NCBI GenBank assembly: GCA_044222475.1
Contig: JBGANF010000012.1
Location: forward strand, 39,309 to 103,308
DNA: 64,000 nucleotides
Source: Polyangiaceae bacterium
GTDB taxonomy: Bacteria > Myxococcota_A > Polyangia > Polyangiales > Polyangiaceae
Direction of reading: 5' to 3'
Made by a program: the position numbers and the translations under genes. The notes under the pieces were generated by a model, which did no database searches, was not told the DNA's origin, and saw only the letters and a program-made list of their open reading frames with translations. Numbering within the stretch: position 1 is the first letter of the stretch; each line of letters starts with the position of its first letter. Below, one piece after another: positions 31,558-41,282 of this stretch.

Positions 31558-32214
31558 CTACTTGCAGGGCTTCGCGCGGACGCAGGTCCGCTTGATCTCG
31601 CGCCCGCCGAGCGCGAGGTACGTGCTCTGCTTCGGGGAGTCCCCCGACGACACGAGAGAGGCCGCCATCGTGAAGGTCTTCAGGTCGGATCCGTACTCGA
31701 GCGTCGAGAACTGCACGTCGTTCGGGCCGTGGTGGTACTCGCTCTTTCCGGAGGGCGGTCCGCCGAACTTCCCGCACATCGGCCCTTCGCAGGTCAGGTA
31801 CCCGTCGATGTTGAAGCCGCGCACCTTGGTTCCCCAGGCGAGCTTCGCGCGCGCCATCGTTCCCTCGGCCACGCTGCACGTGTTCGTCGGAATCGCCGTC
31901 GACGTGATGTCGGTCGTGATCTTCGTGCTGAAGTAGACGCCGGTGAAGAACTCCTTGATCGAGAAGGACAGCATCTTCGCTGGGCCGTCTCCCGGACCCG
32001 TCGCGTTGTCGAAGCGGAGGGTCATCGAGCCGGGACCCACGGTGTGGTCGGCGTTGGCAGCCCCCATCGGCGTGTCGCGTACGGCCAAGATGCCGCTCAA
32101 CGTGTAGTCGACCTCCCACGCGTCGCACGGCGGATCGTCGGCGACGGCGGAGCGCGGCGCGACTGCAAGCGCTACGAGCACGGCGACGGACGCGGGGACG
32201 AGAATGCGACGCAC
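31558..32214 (-). CDS. Secreted hypothetical protein
   Basis: Signal peptide ending AVA, paired Cys; start approximate. Confidence 0.7.
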   Translation of the reverse strand: MRRILVPASVAVLVALAVAPRSAVADDPPCDAWEVDYTLSGILAVRDTPMGAANADHTVGPGSMTLRFDNATGPGDGPAKMLSFSIKEFFTGVYFSTKITTDITSTAIPTNTCSVAEGTMARAKLAWGTKVRGFNIDGYLTCEGPMCGKFGGPPSGKSEYHHGPNDVQFSTLEYGSDLKTFTMAASLVSSGDSPKQSTYLALGGREIKRTCVRAKPCK

Positions 32215-32261
32215 GAGCTTCCTCGTAGCACTACGCGTCACCAAGGCAAGAGCCGCGACGG

Positions 32262-33203
32262 TCATCGGAGCGCGCGAAGGATCCGCTTCAAGCGCGCTTG
32301 GGCGCGACGGTCGCGCGACCAGTGCGCCTTCGCCCATCCGGCGAGGAACCGCTGGAAGTCCGCCCACGCGACGTCGTAGAGAGGGCGCCACTCTTCTTCG
32401 ATGTCGTCGGCGCGGGAGCCGTTGCGCCGCTCGAGCGCTCTTCGCAAATGGCGAAAGTAGACGTCGAGCGCCTGGCGTTCGAAGTCCTCGTCGTCACGAT
32501 CGCGACCGCTCAGGAGGTACGCGACGTCTCGCATGCCGCACCCGCCACCGACGTACTGGAAGTCGACCACCGCGACGCCGTCCCCGAAGCAGTAGTTCGC
32601 TTCTTTGGGATCGCCGTGGACGATCGTCCGATGCGAGCAGCGGCGCAGCTTCTCGTCGAGCAGCGGAGCGACGTCGCGAAGCGCCGGATCGTCCACGGCA
32701 GCGAGCTCGTCGGGTCGCGTCGCGAGGTGCCAGTAGGCGCCCTCCTCCCAGAGGCCTCGCGGCTCCGCTCCCAGGAACCGCGCGTGGAGCTCCGCCAGCC
32801 AGGCGAGGCATGCCTCGAGCTCTCGGCCGTGGACCTCGCGGCGCCGTCCCGCGAAGCCAGCCGCGTCGAGATCCTCGAGGACGAGCACCCACCGCTCGGC
32901 GTCGACGCGACTCGCGAGCAGTCGGGCGACGCGAGTCCGCTCGTCGCAACGCGGCGCCCACTCGCGGTACCACGCGGTCTCCACGTCGTACGAGCGCCGT
33001 TTGCGCTCGTGCGCCAGCGCCGTCGAGCGACGATCGGCCGGCGGCGCGATCGCCGACTTCACGACCGCGGTCGTGACCGCCGCGCCGTCGAGGTGCACCC
33101 GGAAGAGCTCACCGTAGCCACCCCAGAGGCTCTGGATCCGCTCGCCTCTACGGATCGACGAAGCGCCGGTGGCCTCGGCGATCCACTGGAGCTCGGCGTC
33201 CAT
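32262..33203 (-). CDS. Aminoglycoside/choline kinase-like phosphotransferase
   Basis: QSLWGGYG, LEDL, HGDPKEAN, VVDFQYVG. Confidence 0.88.
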   Translation of the reverse strand: MDAELQWIAEATGASSIRRGERIQSLWGGYGELFRVHLDGAAVTTAVVKSAIAPPADRRSTALAHERKRRSYDVETAWYREWAPRCDERTRVARLLASRVDAERWVLVLEDLDAAGFAGRRREVHGRELEACLAWLAELHARFLGAEPRGLWEEGAYWHLATRPDELAAVDDPALRDVAPLLDEKLRRCSHRTIVHGDPKEANYCFGDGVAVVDFQYVGGGCGMRDVAYLLSGRDRDDEDFERQALDVYFRHLRRALERRNGSRADDIEEEWRPLYDVAWADFQRFLAGWAKAHWSRDRRAQARLKRILRALR

Positions 33204-33211
33204 CGAGCGGC

Positions 33212-33634
33212 TCAGGTCACGTCGAGATCCCAAGTGTCGACGAGGATCTTCAAGAGCGCCCACTCTTGCCCGACGATGAGGTCGGCGGCGGAGATGTCGT
33301 ACAGCGCGGCGTAGATCGCCATGCGCGTGTCGGGGTTCGTGATCGTCTGGGCAGCCTTCAGGAACTCTTCTTGGCTGACGGGCAACTCTCCGGCGCGATC
33401 GAGGTAGGGCTGGAGGATCGCGGCGCCGTCCACGCCGTCCTCGGAGCCGGCGCGGTAGGGACCATCGGCATCGCGCTTCGCGCCGAGGCGGACGCGCTTC
33501 GCGAACATCTCGAGCGCTTCGTGCTCCGCGTCGGACGCGCGCCCGTCGATGCGCAGCATCGCGATGAGCATGCGCGCGAGCGCGGTGAGCTCCGTGTCGG
33601 TGAAGTACTCGATCGGGGGTTGTTCGTCGGTCAT
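33212..33634 (-). CDS. TerB-like protein
   Basis: MLRIDGRASDAE and ISAADLIVGQE motifs. Confidence 0.65.
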   Translation of the reverse strand: MTDEQPPIEYFTDTELTALARMLIAMLRIDGRASDAEHEALEMFAKRVRLGAKRDADGPYRAGSEDGVDGAAILQPYLDRAGELPVSQEEFLKAAQTITNPDTRMAIYAALYDISAADLIVGQEWALLKILVDTWDLDVT

Positions 33635-33701
33635 GAGCTCCGACGATACCCGCGGATTAGACCCAGCGCGTGGGATGTTCGTTTGTCATAGTGGTGTTCA
33701 C

Positions 33702-34652
33702 GTGAGCTCGTCGCCCGCACCTACATCGGCACCATCGTCGAGACGACGCTGGATCTTCGCGCCGCTGCTCTTCGGGTTCCTCGGTTCGTCGGTCACTCAC
33801 GGGTCGGTCGCGCTCGCGATGTTGCTCGGCGCCCCTGGCGGACCGGCGGGAAGCGGCGAAGGCGGACGCAACGGAGCCGGCGACACGATGATCGACGTGT
33901 CGCTCGCCGGCAGTCCTGCCGCAGCCGAGCCGCACCCACCATCGCCAGCCGAGACGACGCCGCCTCCCACGTTGCCTCCACAGAAGAAGGAGCCCGCTCC
34001 GCCGCCGCCGCCGCCCGATCCGGACAACGGGACCGAGCCCGCGCCGCCGCCCGAGGACCTCACGCCGCCCGAAGCGCCCGTCCCACCACCAGCGACCGGC
34101 GGAGGCGCCGAGACGACCAACGGTGGAAAGGCGCCCGGACCGGTCGTCGCGAACGCACCGAACACCGGGCTCGGTGGAAACACCGTCGAAGGTCAACGCG
34201 CGTTGCTCCCGTCGGCCGCGACGTGCAAGGACCCGATCGTCGGCACGTGGCAGTCGTTGAAGTACAACCCGGCGCTCGGCGAGTGGGTTCAGTTCTCGCT
34301 CGCCGTCCATCGCGGCGCCGGAGGCGCGCTCACCGGAACGATCTTGTCGCACACCTGGTCGGGCGGGGCGTTCGATCGCGTCCCGCCGGCGTGCACGCGC
34401 GGTGCGTTCGACATGACGGTGTCGATGCCGGCGAGCGGACGCGACGACGGCAGAGGCGGCATCACGTTCGGCTCGTCGCGCTACACGATCCTGAGCATGA
34501 AGTGCTACGCGCCCGAGAACACCTACGCGCCCGACAGCTTCAGCGGGAAGATCGACGCGGCTCGGCAGGAGTTCCAGTCGGTGAACAACGACGGCGCGAA
34601 CGACATCGACGCGCCGTACGTGTTTCGGCGCACGGGCTGCCTCGACGAGTGA
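33702..34652 (+). CDS. Membrane-anchored Pro-rich (TonB-like linker) protein
   Basis: SSVTHG TM segment, Pro-rich linker, Cys-containing C-terminal domain. Confidence 0.7.
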   Translation: MSSSPAPTSAPSSRRRWIFAPLLFGFLGSSVTHGSVALAMLLGAPGGPAGSGEGGRNGAGDTMIDVSLAGSPAAAEPHPPSPAETTPPPTLPPQKKEPAPPPPPPDPDNGTEPAPPPEDLTPPEAPVPPPATGGGAETTNGGKAPGPVVANAPNTGLGGNTVEGQRALLPSAATCKDPIVGTWQSLKYNPALGEWVQFSLAVHRGAGGALTGTILSHTWSGGAFDRVPPACTRGAFDMTVSMPASGRDDGRGGITFGSSRYTILSMKCYAPENTYAPDSFSGKIDAARQEFQSVNNDGANDIDAPYVFRRTGCLDE

Positions 34653-34699
34653 GCACCACCAGCACCTCGTCCGAGGCATTTGCGGACTGAAGTCGATGA

Positions 34700-34898
34700 G
34701 CGCCCCGGACTGAAGTCCGGGGCAGCAACGGGCCCATCGCTTACTCGCTCAAAGTCCGCCCAGGTGGGCGGACTCTCGATGGTGCATCCCAACTTGGTAC
34801 CAAAGACACCGCGCTCACTGGGAGCCCGCCCTCCTGGGCGGGCTTTGGTTGGGTTTTGCATCGGTTCCGTTGCTGCCCCGGACTTCAGTCCGGGGCGC
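34700..34898. repeat. 199-bp nested-palindrome REP/REPIN-like element, copy A
   Basis: 32-bp perfect terminal inverted repeat GCGCCCCGGACTGAAGTCCGGGGCAGCAACGG; inner inverted hairpin pair. Confidence 0.92.
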
Positions 34899-34988
34899 CC
34901 TGTCCCGGATCTCCTCCGTTCTGCCCGAGGCTCCAGTCACGTCGGCCCACTAGCTGGCTCGACGAATGACGCCTACCCTCCCTCGTCG

Positions 34989-35963
34989 ATGCGCACCCTC
35001 GCCGCTCTGGTCGCTCTCCTCTCGCTCTCTGCCTGCGCGCCCGCGCCCGCTTCGCCGGCGAACGTCGCGCCGGTCGCCACGACCGCGGCGCCCGTCGCTG
35101 CGAAGTCTCCGCCGATCGACGACAAGGCGCTCGCCGTCGCGCTCGGCGTCGACAAAGTCGAGACCAGCGCCGACGGAGCGGTGAAGGCGACGTGGCCGCG
35201 CACGGACGTCGAGGTCAGCGTCGACGGGTGGAAGATGGCGCCGTTCATGGGCCTCTCGTCGTGGGTCGCGTTCACGCCCGGAAAGCAAGGCGTCGCCGAG
35301 GCGATGATCATGGGTGACCTCGTGCTCTTCGAGGACGAAGTGAACGCCGTGATGAGCAAGCTCCTCGACGGTGGCGTCTCGGTCACGGCGCTCCACAACC
35401 ATTTCCTCTACGCCCAGCCGAGCGTCTTCTTCATGCACGTCGGGGGCGAAGGCAAGACGGCCGACCTCGCGCGCGCGGTGAAGTCGGCGCTCGATCAGGT
35501 CTCCGCGTTGCGCAAGGCGTCCCCCAAACCCGCGACGGTGTCCGGCCGCGCGCGTCTCCCGGAGAAGAACGCGATCGACGCCACCAAGCTCGACGCCGCG
35601 CTCGCGACGAAGGGCCAGACCAAAGACGGGATGTACAAAGCGGTGTGGGGCCGCGACGTGACCGCGTCGTGCGGGTGCTCGGTCGGCAAGGCGATGGGCA
35701 TCACCACGTGGAGCGCGTTCGGAGGCACGGACGACGACGCCGTCGTCGACGGCGACTTCGCGGTGAGCGAAGCGGAGATGCAGCCGGTGCTGAAGAGCCT
35801 CCGCGGCGGCGGCATCGAGGTCGTCGCGATCCATCACCACATGAGCGGAGAGACGCCGCGGGTGCTGTTCATCCACTACTGGGGTCGCGGCACGGCTGCT
35901 TCGCTGGCCGCCACGGTGAAGAAGACGCGCGATCTCACGGCGTGGTCTGGCAAGCCGAGCTGA
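34989..35963 (+). CDS. DUF1259 (LppY/LpqO-like) lipoprotein
   Basis: LSAC lipobox; two domains with GDLVL..ALHNH and GDFAV..AIHHH. Confidence 0.88.
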   Translation: MRTLAALVALLSLSACAPAPASPANVAPVATTAAPVAAKSPPIDDKALAVALGVDKVETSADGAVKATWPRTDVEVSVDGWKMAPFMGLSSWVAFTPGKQGVAEAMIMGDLVLFEDEVNAVMSKLLDGGVSVTALHNHFLYAQPSVFFMHVGGEGKTADLARAVKSALDQVSALRKASPKPATVSGRARLPEKNAIDATKLDAALATKGQTKDGMYKAVWGRDVTASCGCSVGKAMGITTWSAFGGTDDDAVVDGDFAVSEAEMQPVLKSLRGGGIEVVAIHHHMSGETPRVLFIHYWGRGTAASLAATVKKTRDLTAWSGKPS

Positions 35964-36021
35964 GTGGCACTCGGCCTGGCGCGCTTCGCGAAACCCGAAG
36001 GGGTGAAGTCTCGGTCGATGG

Positions 36022-36220
36022 GCGCCCCGGACTGAAGTCCGGGGCAGCAGCGGGCCCATTGCTTACTCGCCCAAAGTCCGCCCAAGAGGGCGGACTCTCG
36101 ATTGGTCATCCCACTTTGGTACCAGCAACGTCCTGCACATTGAGAGCCCGCCCTCCTGGGCGGGCTTTGGTTGGGTTCTGCATCGGTTCCGTTGCTGCCC
36201 CGGACTTCAGTCCGGGGCGC
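36022..36220. repeat. 199-bp element, copy B, flanked by insert-bearing REP variants (35966-36010 and 36228-36298)
   Basis: Aligns without gaps to copies A and C. Confidence 0.92.
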
Positions 36221-36426
36221 CCTGTCATGCATCGGTTCTGCTGCTGCCCCGGACTTCACCCCTTTGGGTATCGCGAAGCGCGCCAGTCCAGGGCGCCTAG
36301 GGCCTGCATCACCAGCGGATGCCGCACGCTTTGCGCGTTCGGGTACGCACGGCGTGCAGCCTCGCTACCGCGGCGCCGAGTTTCTGCGACGATCCGCGCG
36401 GCGCGGCGTTTGCAGTGCCTCGGGCC

Positions 36427-37005
36427 ATGAAGAAGGTCGGAGTCTTCTACGCGACACGCGAAGGTCAGGCACGCAAGGTCGCCGATCGCATCGGCGGCGC
36501 GCTCATCGCGCGCGACCTCGAGGTCGCCATCCACGACGTGAAGGACGCCGACGCGCCCGACGCGCTCGCGCTCTGCGACGCGGTGGTGCTCGTCGCGTCG
36601 GTGCACACCGGCGAGCACGAGCAGGAGATGATCGACTTCGTCAACGAGCACCCGAGAGTGCGCGAGCTGCCGTCCGCGTTCGTCTCGGTGTGCCTCACCG
36701 AGATCACGGTCGAGGATCCGGGCCAGCCCCTCGCCGTCCGAGCCGCGGCGGCGAAGAAGGTCCACCAACAAGTGCACGCGTTTCTCGACAAGGCGCACTG
36801 GCATCCGGCCCACGTCCATCCGGTCGCCGGCGCGCTCCTCTACACGCACTACAACGTGCTCGTTCGCTTCGTGATGTCGCGCATCGCCAAGGCCAGCGGC
36901 ATGCCCACGGACACGTCTCACGACTACGAGTTCACCGACTGGGGCTCCGTCGACGACTTCGCGCTGCGCCTCGCTCGCGAGCTCACCACCGGCGAAGCAG
37001 CGTGA
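36427..37005 (+). CDS. Flavodoxin-domain protein, HemG-like
   Basis: YATREGQARKVA, ASVHTG, AGALLYTHY, YEFTDW. Confidence 0.85.
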   Translation: MKKVGVFYATREGQARKVADRIGGALIARDLEVAIHDVKDADAPDALALCDAVVLVASVHTGEHEQEMIDFVNEHPRVRELPSAFVSVCLTEITVEDPGQPLAVRAAAAKKVHQQVHAFLDKAHWHPAHVHPVAGALLYTHYNVLVRFVMSRIAKASGMPTDTSHDYEFTDWGSVDDFALRLARELTTGEAA

Positions 37006-37008
37006 GGC

Positions 37009-38901
37009 TCAGCGAGAGGCGTCGAGCGCGACGGCAATCGCCTCGATGAGCTCTTGCGCGCGGAACGGCTTCGACAGGAACCGAACCGACGGATCGGGCA
37101 CCTCGAGCTCGGAGTACCCGCTCATGACCACGACCGGGAGCTTCGGATCACGCTCGCGCAGGGCGCGCAGCGTCTGCTCTCCGTTCAGTCGCGGCATCGT
37201 CAGATCGAGCAGCACCGCGCTCACGCGGGCGTGGTGCTCGTCGTAGCGCTCGAGAGCGTCCTGCCCGTCGACGGCGGTCATCACCTCGTAGCCGGCGCGT
37301 TGGAGCAGCTGGCCCGCCGCCTTGCGCACCGCCTCTTCGTCGTCCACGACGAGGACGAGCCCTTGGCCGCGGCCCACGCTGGGGGGGCGCGGCGTCGGAA
37401 GGACGGACTCGCCATCGACGGCGGGGAAGAACACGCTGATCCGCGTGCCTTTGCCGACCTTGCTCTCGACGTCGATGACGCCTCCGTGCTTGCGGATGAT
37501 CCCGAGCGTCGCCGAGAGGCCGAGCCCGCGCCCGCTCGCCTTCGTGGTGAAGAACGGATCGAACATGCGGGAGCGCGTCTCCTCGTCCATGCCGGCGCCG
37601 GTGTCGCGCACTTCGAGGACGACGTACTCGCCGCCGACGAGGGTCTGGCTCGACCTCCGCGTGGTCGGACCGGCGCCCACGAGCCGTTCGCGTCGGGTCG
37701 AGAACGTGATCACGCCCTGGGCATCGCCGATGGCGTCGGACGCGTTCGTGATGAGGTTGAGCACGACCTGACGAATCTGGGTCGGATCACCTTCGATGGC
37801 AGGGAGGTCGTCGGCGAGCTTGCGCTCCAGACGCACTCGCTTCGAGACGGAGATCTCGATGAGCTTCGCCATCTCCGACGCGACCCTCGAGAGGTCCAAG
37901 CGCTGAACGGCGAATCGCCCGCGACCCGCGTACGCGAGCATCTGGCGGCAGAGATCGGCGGCGCGCTGTGCGGCCTTCATGACGTCGTCGAGGGAGGCAG
38001 CCGCCGTTTCGTCGCTGCGGACCCGAGTGATCGCGAGGTCGGTGTTCGCGATGATCACCATGAGCAGGTTGTTGAAGTCGTGGGCGATCCCTCCGGCGAG
38101 CACGCCGAGGCTCTCGAGCTTCTGCGTGTCCTGGAGGTGCGTCTGCATGCGCGCCGTCTCCTCGCTCGCCTTTCGCTTCTCGGTCACGTCGACGCTGAAG
38201 CTGATGACCTGGTCGACCCGGCCTGCGCTCTGCACCGGGACCATCGTCGCGTCCCACCACGTGCCCTGCACGTCGAGGAACTCGAACCGCCCCGGCGTTC
38301 CGCGAAACGCGTCGGCCAAGACCCGGTCGTACTGCTCGTGGAACTGGGCCCGGACGAACGAGTGCGTGTCCCCACCGACCACGTCTTCGCGCCGGAAGCC
38401 GGGACCGACGCGGTTGATGAAGTTGACGATCCCGCCGGGCCCGAGGAGGAGGATCAGGTACGGCGAGTGCTCGAAGACGACCGACAGCTTCTCGTTGGCG
38501 GCGCGGAGCTCGGCCTCTGCGGTGCGCTCCGACGTGACGTCCCACGATTGGACGCGCGCGGCGATCACGACGCCGTCGCGATCGACCACCGGATCCATGA
38601 GCGAGCGAAAGATCCGTGGCGGTTCGTCGCCGAGCCTGAACGCGTCTTCGAACGCGAGGCTCTGCTTTTCGTCGAACACCAGGAGGAGGCGCGGGCGCAC
38701 GCCTTCCTCGATGTGCGGCACGAGCGTGAAGAGCGACTTCCCCTTTACCGCTTCGCAGGTCAACCCCACGTTCTTCGCTGCCGGCTCGTTCATCACGAGG
38801 ATGGTGCCGTCGCGCGCGAGGTAGGTGACCGGTGCGCTCCCCGCGCGGAGAAACGCCTCGAAGTCGAGCGCGGGCTTGGGGGAGGATCGATCGTCTTGCA
38901 T
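37009..38901 (-). CDS. PAS-PAS hybrid histidine kinase/receiver (CckA-like)
   Basis: GGIAHDFNNLL, NLITNA, FDPFFTTK..GRGLGL, receiver DLTMP. Confidence 0.95.
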   Translation of the reverse strand: MQDDRSSPKPALDFEAFLRAGSAPVTYLARDGTILVMNEPAAKNVGLTCEAVKGKSLFTLVPHIEEGVRPRLLLVFDEKQSLAFEDAFRLGDEPPRIFRSLMDPVVDRDGVVIAARVQSWDVTSERTAEAELRAANEKLSVVFEHSPYLILLLGPGGIVNFINRVGPGFRREDVVGGDTHSFVRAQFHEQYDRVLADAFRGTPGRFEFLDVQGTWWDATMVPVQSAGRVDQVISFSVDVTEKRKASEETARMQTHLQDTQKLESLGVLAGGIAHDFNNLLMVIIANTDLAITRVRSDETAAASLDDVMKAAQRAADLCRQMLAYAGRGRFAVQRLDLSRVASEMAKLIEISVSKRVRLERKLADDLPAIEGDPTQIRQVVLNLITNASDAIGDAQGVITFSTRRERLVGAGPTTRRSSQTLVGGEYVVLEVRDTGAGMDEETRSRMFDPFFTTKASGRGLGLSATLGIIRKHGGVIDVESKVGKGTRISVFFPAVDGESVLPTPRPPSVGRGQGLVLVVDDEEAVRKAAGQLLQRAGYEVMTAVDGQDALERYDEHHARVSAVLLDLTMPRLNGEQTLRALRERDPKLPVVVMSGYSELEVPDPSVRFLSKPFRAQELIEAIAVALDASR

Positions 38902-38968
38902 GGTCGCTCGGGCGCGAGAGCGTGCACACTGCCAAGGCGGCGCGATGAGCGTACCATGGGCCCGTCCC

Positions 38969-40102
38969 ATGCAACCGCTCACCCTCTTCATCAGCACGCG
39001 CAAAGGGCTCTGGACGCTGAGCACGACGGACCGGAAGCGCTTCGAGCTGTCGGGACCTTGGCACCTCGGTCACATGGTGCACCACACCGTGCTCGATCCG
39101 CGCGACCGCCGAACGCTCCTCGCCGGCGTGCGCACCGGGCACCTCGGCCCCGTCGTGATGCGCTCGGTCGATGGCGGCAAGACCTGGACGGAGGCGTCGC
39201 GACCGCCGGCGTTTCCGAAGGGCGAGCCGCGCGCGCGCGCGGTCGATCACGTCTTCTGGCTGACGCCCGGTCACGCGAGCCAGCCCGGCGTCTGGTACGC
39301 CGGTACCTCGCCTCAGGGGCTGTTCCGCAGCGACGACGACGGCGACACGTGGAGCCCAGTTGCAGGATACAACGATCATCCCGACCAGGCGAAGTGGGCT
39401 GGCGGCGACAAGGACCAGACGCCCGATGGCGGCAAGCTCCACTCGGTGCTGGTCGATCCGCGCGACGCGAAGCACCTGTACGTCGGCATGTCGGGCGGTG
39501 GTTTCTTCGAGTCCACCGACGAGGGTGCGAGCTGGAAGCCCCTGAGCCTCGGGGTGGAGAACCACTACCTGCCGAAGCTTCCCGACGGTCAGGAGCACAC
39601 GTTCGGCGACGATCCCCACTGCGTCGCGCTCCATCCCCTGAAGCCGGATCGCCTGTGGCAGCAGAACCACTTCGGGATCTACCGGCTCGACCGCGATCGC
39701 GGCGAGCGCTGGACACGCGTCGGGCGCGCGATGCCGAAGGAGATCGGCGACATCGGTTTTCCGATTGCGCTCCACCCGCGCGAGCCCGACACGGCGTGGG
39801 TCTTCCCGATGGACGGCACCGACGTGTGGCCGCGCGTGAGCCCGTCGGGACGCCCGGCGCTCTACGTCACGCGCGACGCGGGCGAGAGCTGGAAGCGGCA
39901 GGACTCGGGCTTCCCGCGCGAGCAAGCGTGGTGGACGGTGAAGCGCCAGGCGATGATCTCGGACTTCGGCGATCCGGTCGGGCTCTACCTCGGGACGACG
40001 AACGGCGAGGTGTGGCACTCCGCCGACGAGGGTCGAACGTTCGCGTGCATCGCGCGGCACCTTCCGCACATCTACGCGGTGACGAGCGACTCGTGCGCGT
40101 GA
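38969..40102 (+). CDS. BNR/Asp-box repeat (sialidase-like) protein
   Basis: SVDGGKTW, SDDDGDTW, STDEGASW, TRDAGESW, SADEGRTF. Confidence 0.9.
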   Translation: MQPLTLFISTRKGLWTLSTTDRKRFELSGPWHLGHMVHHTVLDPRDRRTLLAGVRTGHLGPVVMRSVDGGKTWTEASRPPAFPKGEPRARAVDHVFWLTPGHASQPGVWYAGTSPQGLFRSDDDGDTWSPVAGYNDHPDQAKWAGGDKDQTPDGGKLHSVLVDPRDAKHLYVGMSGGGFFESTDEGASWKPLSLGVENHYLPKLPDGQEHTFGDDPHCVALHPLKPDRLWQQNHFGIYRLDRDRGERWTRVGRAMPKEIGDIGFPIALHPREPDTAWVFPMDGTDVWPRVSPSGRPALYVTRDAGESWKRQDSGFPREQAWWTVKRQAMISDFGDPVGLYLGTTNGEVWHSADEGRTFACIARHLPHIYAVTSDSCA

Positions 40103-40350
40103 TCGTTCCGTCCCACTTGAGGAGCTACACGGGCGGCGAGTCCGAGGTCGAGTCACGCGGCGCGACGCTCGCGGATGTACTCCTCGACCTCGACTCGCGG
40201 TTCAAGGGCATCCGGCATCGCGTCGTCGACGAGCAGGATCGCATCCGGCCGCACGTGAAGTTCTTCGTCGGCGGGGACGAGGTCGAGGTGCTCGACGCGG
40301 CGGTCGGCGAGCGCGAGGTTCAGATCGTCGCTGCGCTGTCCGGGGGGTGA
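40093..40350 (+). CDS. MoaD/ThiS-family ubiquitin-like protein
   Basis: IVPSHLRSYTGG..C-terminal ALSGG; overlaps the BNR gene end. Confidence 0.9.
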   Translation: MRVIVPSHLRSYTGGESEVESRGATLADVLLDLDSRFKGIRHRVVDEQDRIRPHVKFFVGGDEVEVLDAAVGEREVQIVAALSGG

Positions 40351-40364
40351 GAGTCGAGCGAAGA

Positions 40365-40563
40365 GCGCCCCGGACTGAAGTCCGGGGCAGCAGCGGGCCC
40401 ATCGCCTACTCATTCAAAGTCCGCCCAGGAGGGCGGACTCTCGTTGGTGCATCCCAACTTGGTACCATTGATGTCCTCTGAAGCGGGAGCCCGCCCTCCT
40501 GGGCGGGCTTTGGTTGGGTCCTGCATCGGTTCCGTTGCTGCCCCGGACTTCAGTCCGGGGCGC
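40365..40563. repeat. 199-bp element, copy C (plus insert-bearing REP variant at ~40604-40662)
   Basis: Aligns without gaps to copies A and B. Confidence 0.92.
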
Positions 40564-40608
40564 CACGACTTTGTCGACAAGACGTGAGCTGCGATGAGTT
40601 CAAGGACT

Positions 40609-41157
40609 TCACCCCTTCGGGTATCGCGAAGCGCGCCAGTCCGGGGCGCTCATCGACCGAGATTGGATGACTCCACCCGGCTGAGGGTCGAGACGAAGCT
40701 CGAGGTACCGCGCGCCCTCGATCGGGTTCTCGGTGTACGGATCGATGTCGCGAAAACCGAGCGACTCGTAGAGCGCGATCGCCGCGTGCATTTGGGGGAC
40801 CGTGTCGAGCCGCATCGCGCGGTATCCCGCGGCGCGAGCCTCGTCGACGATCGCGGTCGCCAGCGCACGACCGCAGCCGGTGCCGTGGAACGCGGGGCGG
40901 ACGAAGAGCCGCTTCATCTCGCAGATGCCGTCGCCGATCTGGCGGAGGGCGACGCAGCCGGCGACCTGGCCGTCGACCCGCGCGAGCAAGAGCCGCCCCG
41001 ACGGAGGCGCGTACCTTCCTGGTAGCGTCGCGAGCTCGGCGTCGAAACCTTGGAAGCACAGCGAGAAGCCGATGAACGCCGCGTACTCTTCGAAGAGAGA
41101 GCGGGCGGTGGCCAGGTCGTCGGGCGAGCTCGCGGGGGTCACGAAGACCGTCGGCAT
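40609..41157 (-). CDS. GNAT-family acetyltransferase
   Basis: CFQGFDAEL, CEMKRLFV, HGTGCGR, AIALYESLGF. Confidence 0.9.
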   Translation of the reverse strand: MPTVFVTPASSPDDLATARSLFEEYAAFIGFSLCFQGFDAELATLPGRYAPPSGRLLLARVDGQVAGCVALRQIGDGICEMKRLFVRPAFHGTGCGRALATAIVDEARAAGYRAMRLDTVPQMHAAIALYESLGFRDIDPYTENPIEGARYLELRLDPQPGGVIQSRSMSAPDWRASRYPKG

Positions 41158-41282
41158 CGGGGCCAGAGTATCGAAGCGCTCACGCATCGTCTGCACCTGG
41201 ATGCAGCCAGTGCGTACAGCGTCCGAGCACGAGCGCGATCGCTCGCGCACCGCACGGCACGTCCGTTGCTTCGGCGTGGACC

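Noticed and set aside
37054..40350. 1098-aa ORF
   Set aside because: Mostly antisense or off-frame shadow of the kinase and BNR genes; only the last 85 aa (MoaD-like) are credible.
34700..40563. CRISPR array
   Set aside because: Repeats are dispersed, inverted and 199 bp long, with no repeat-spacer periodicity and no cas genes.
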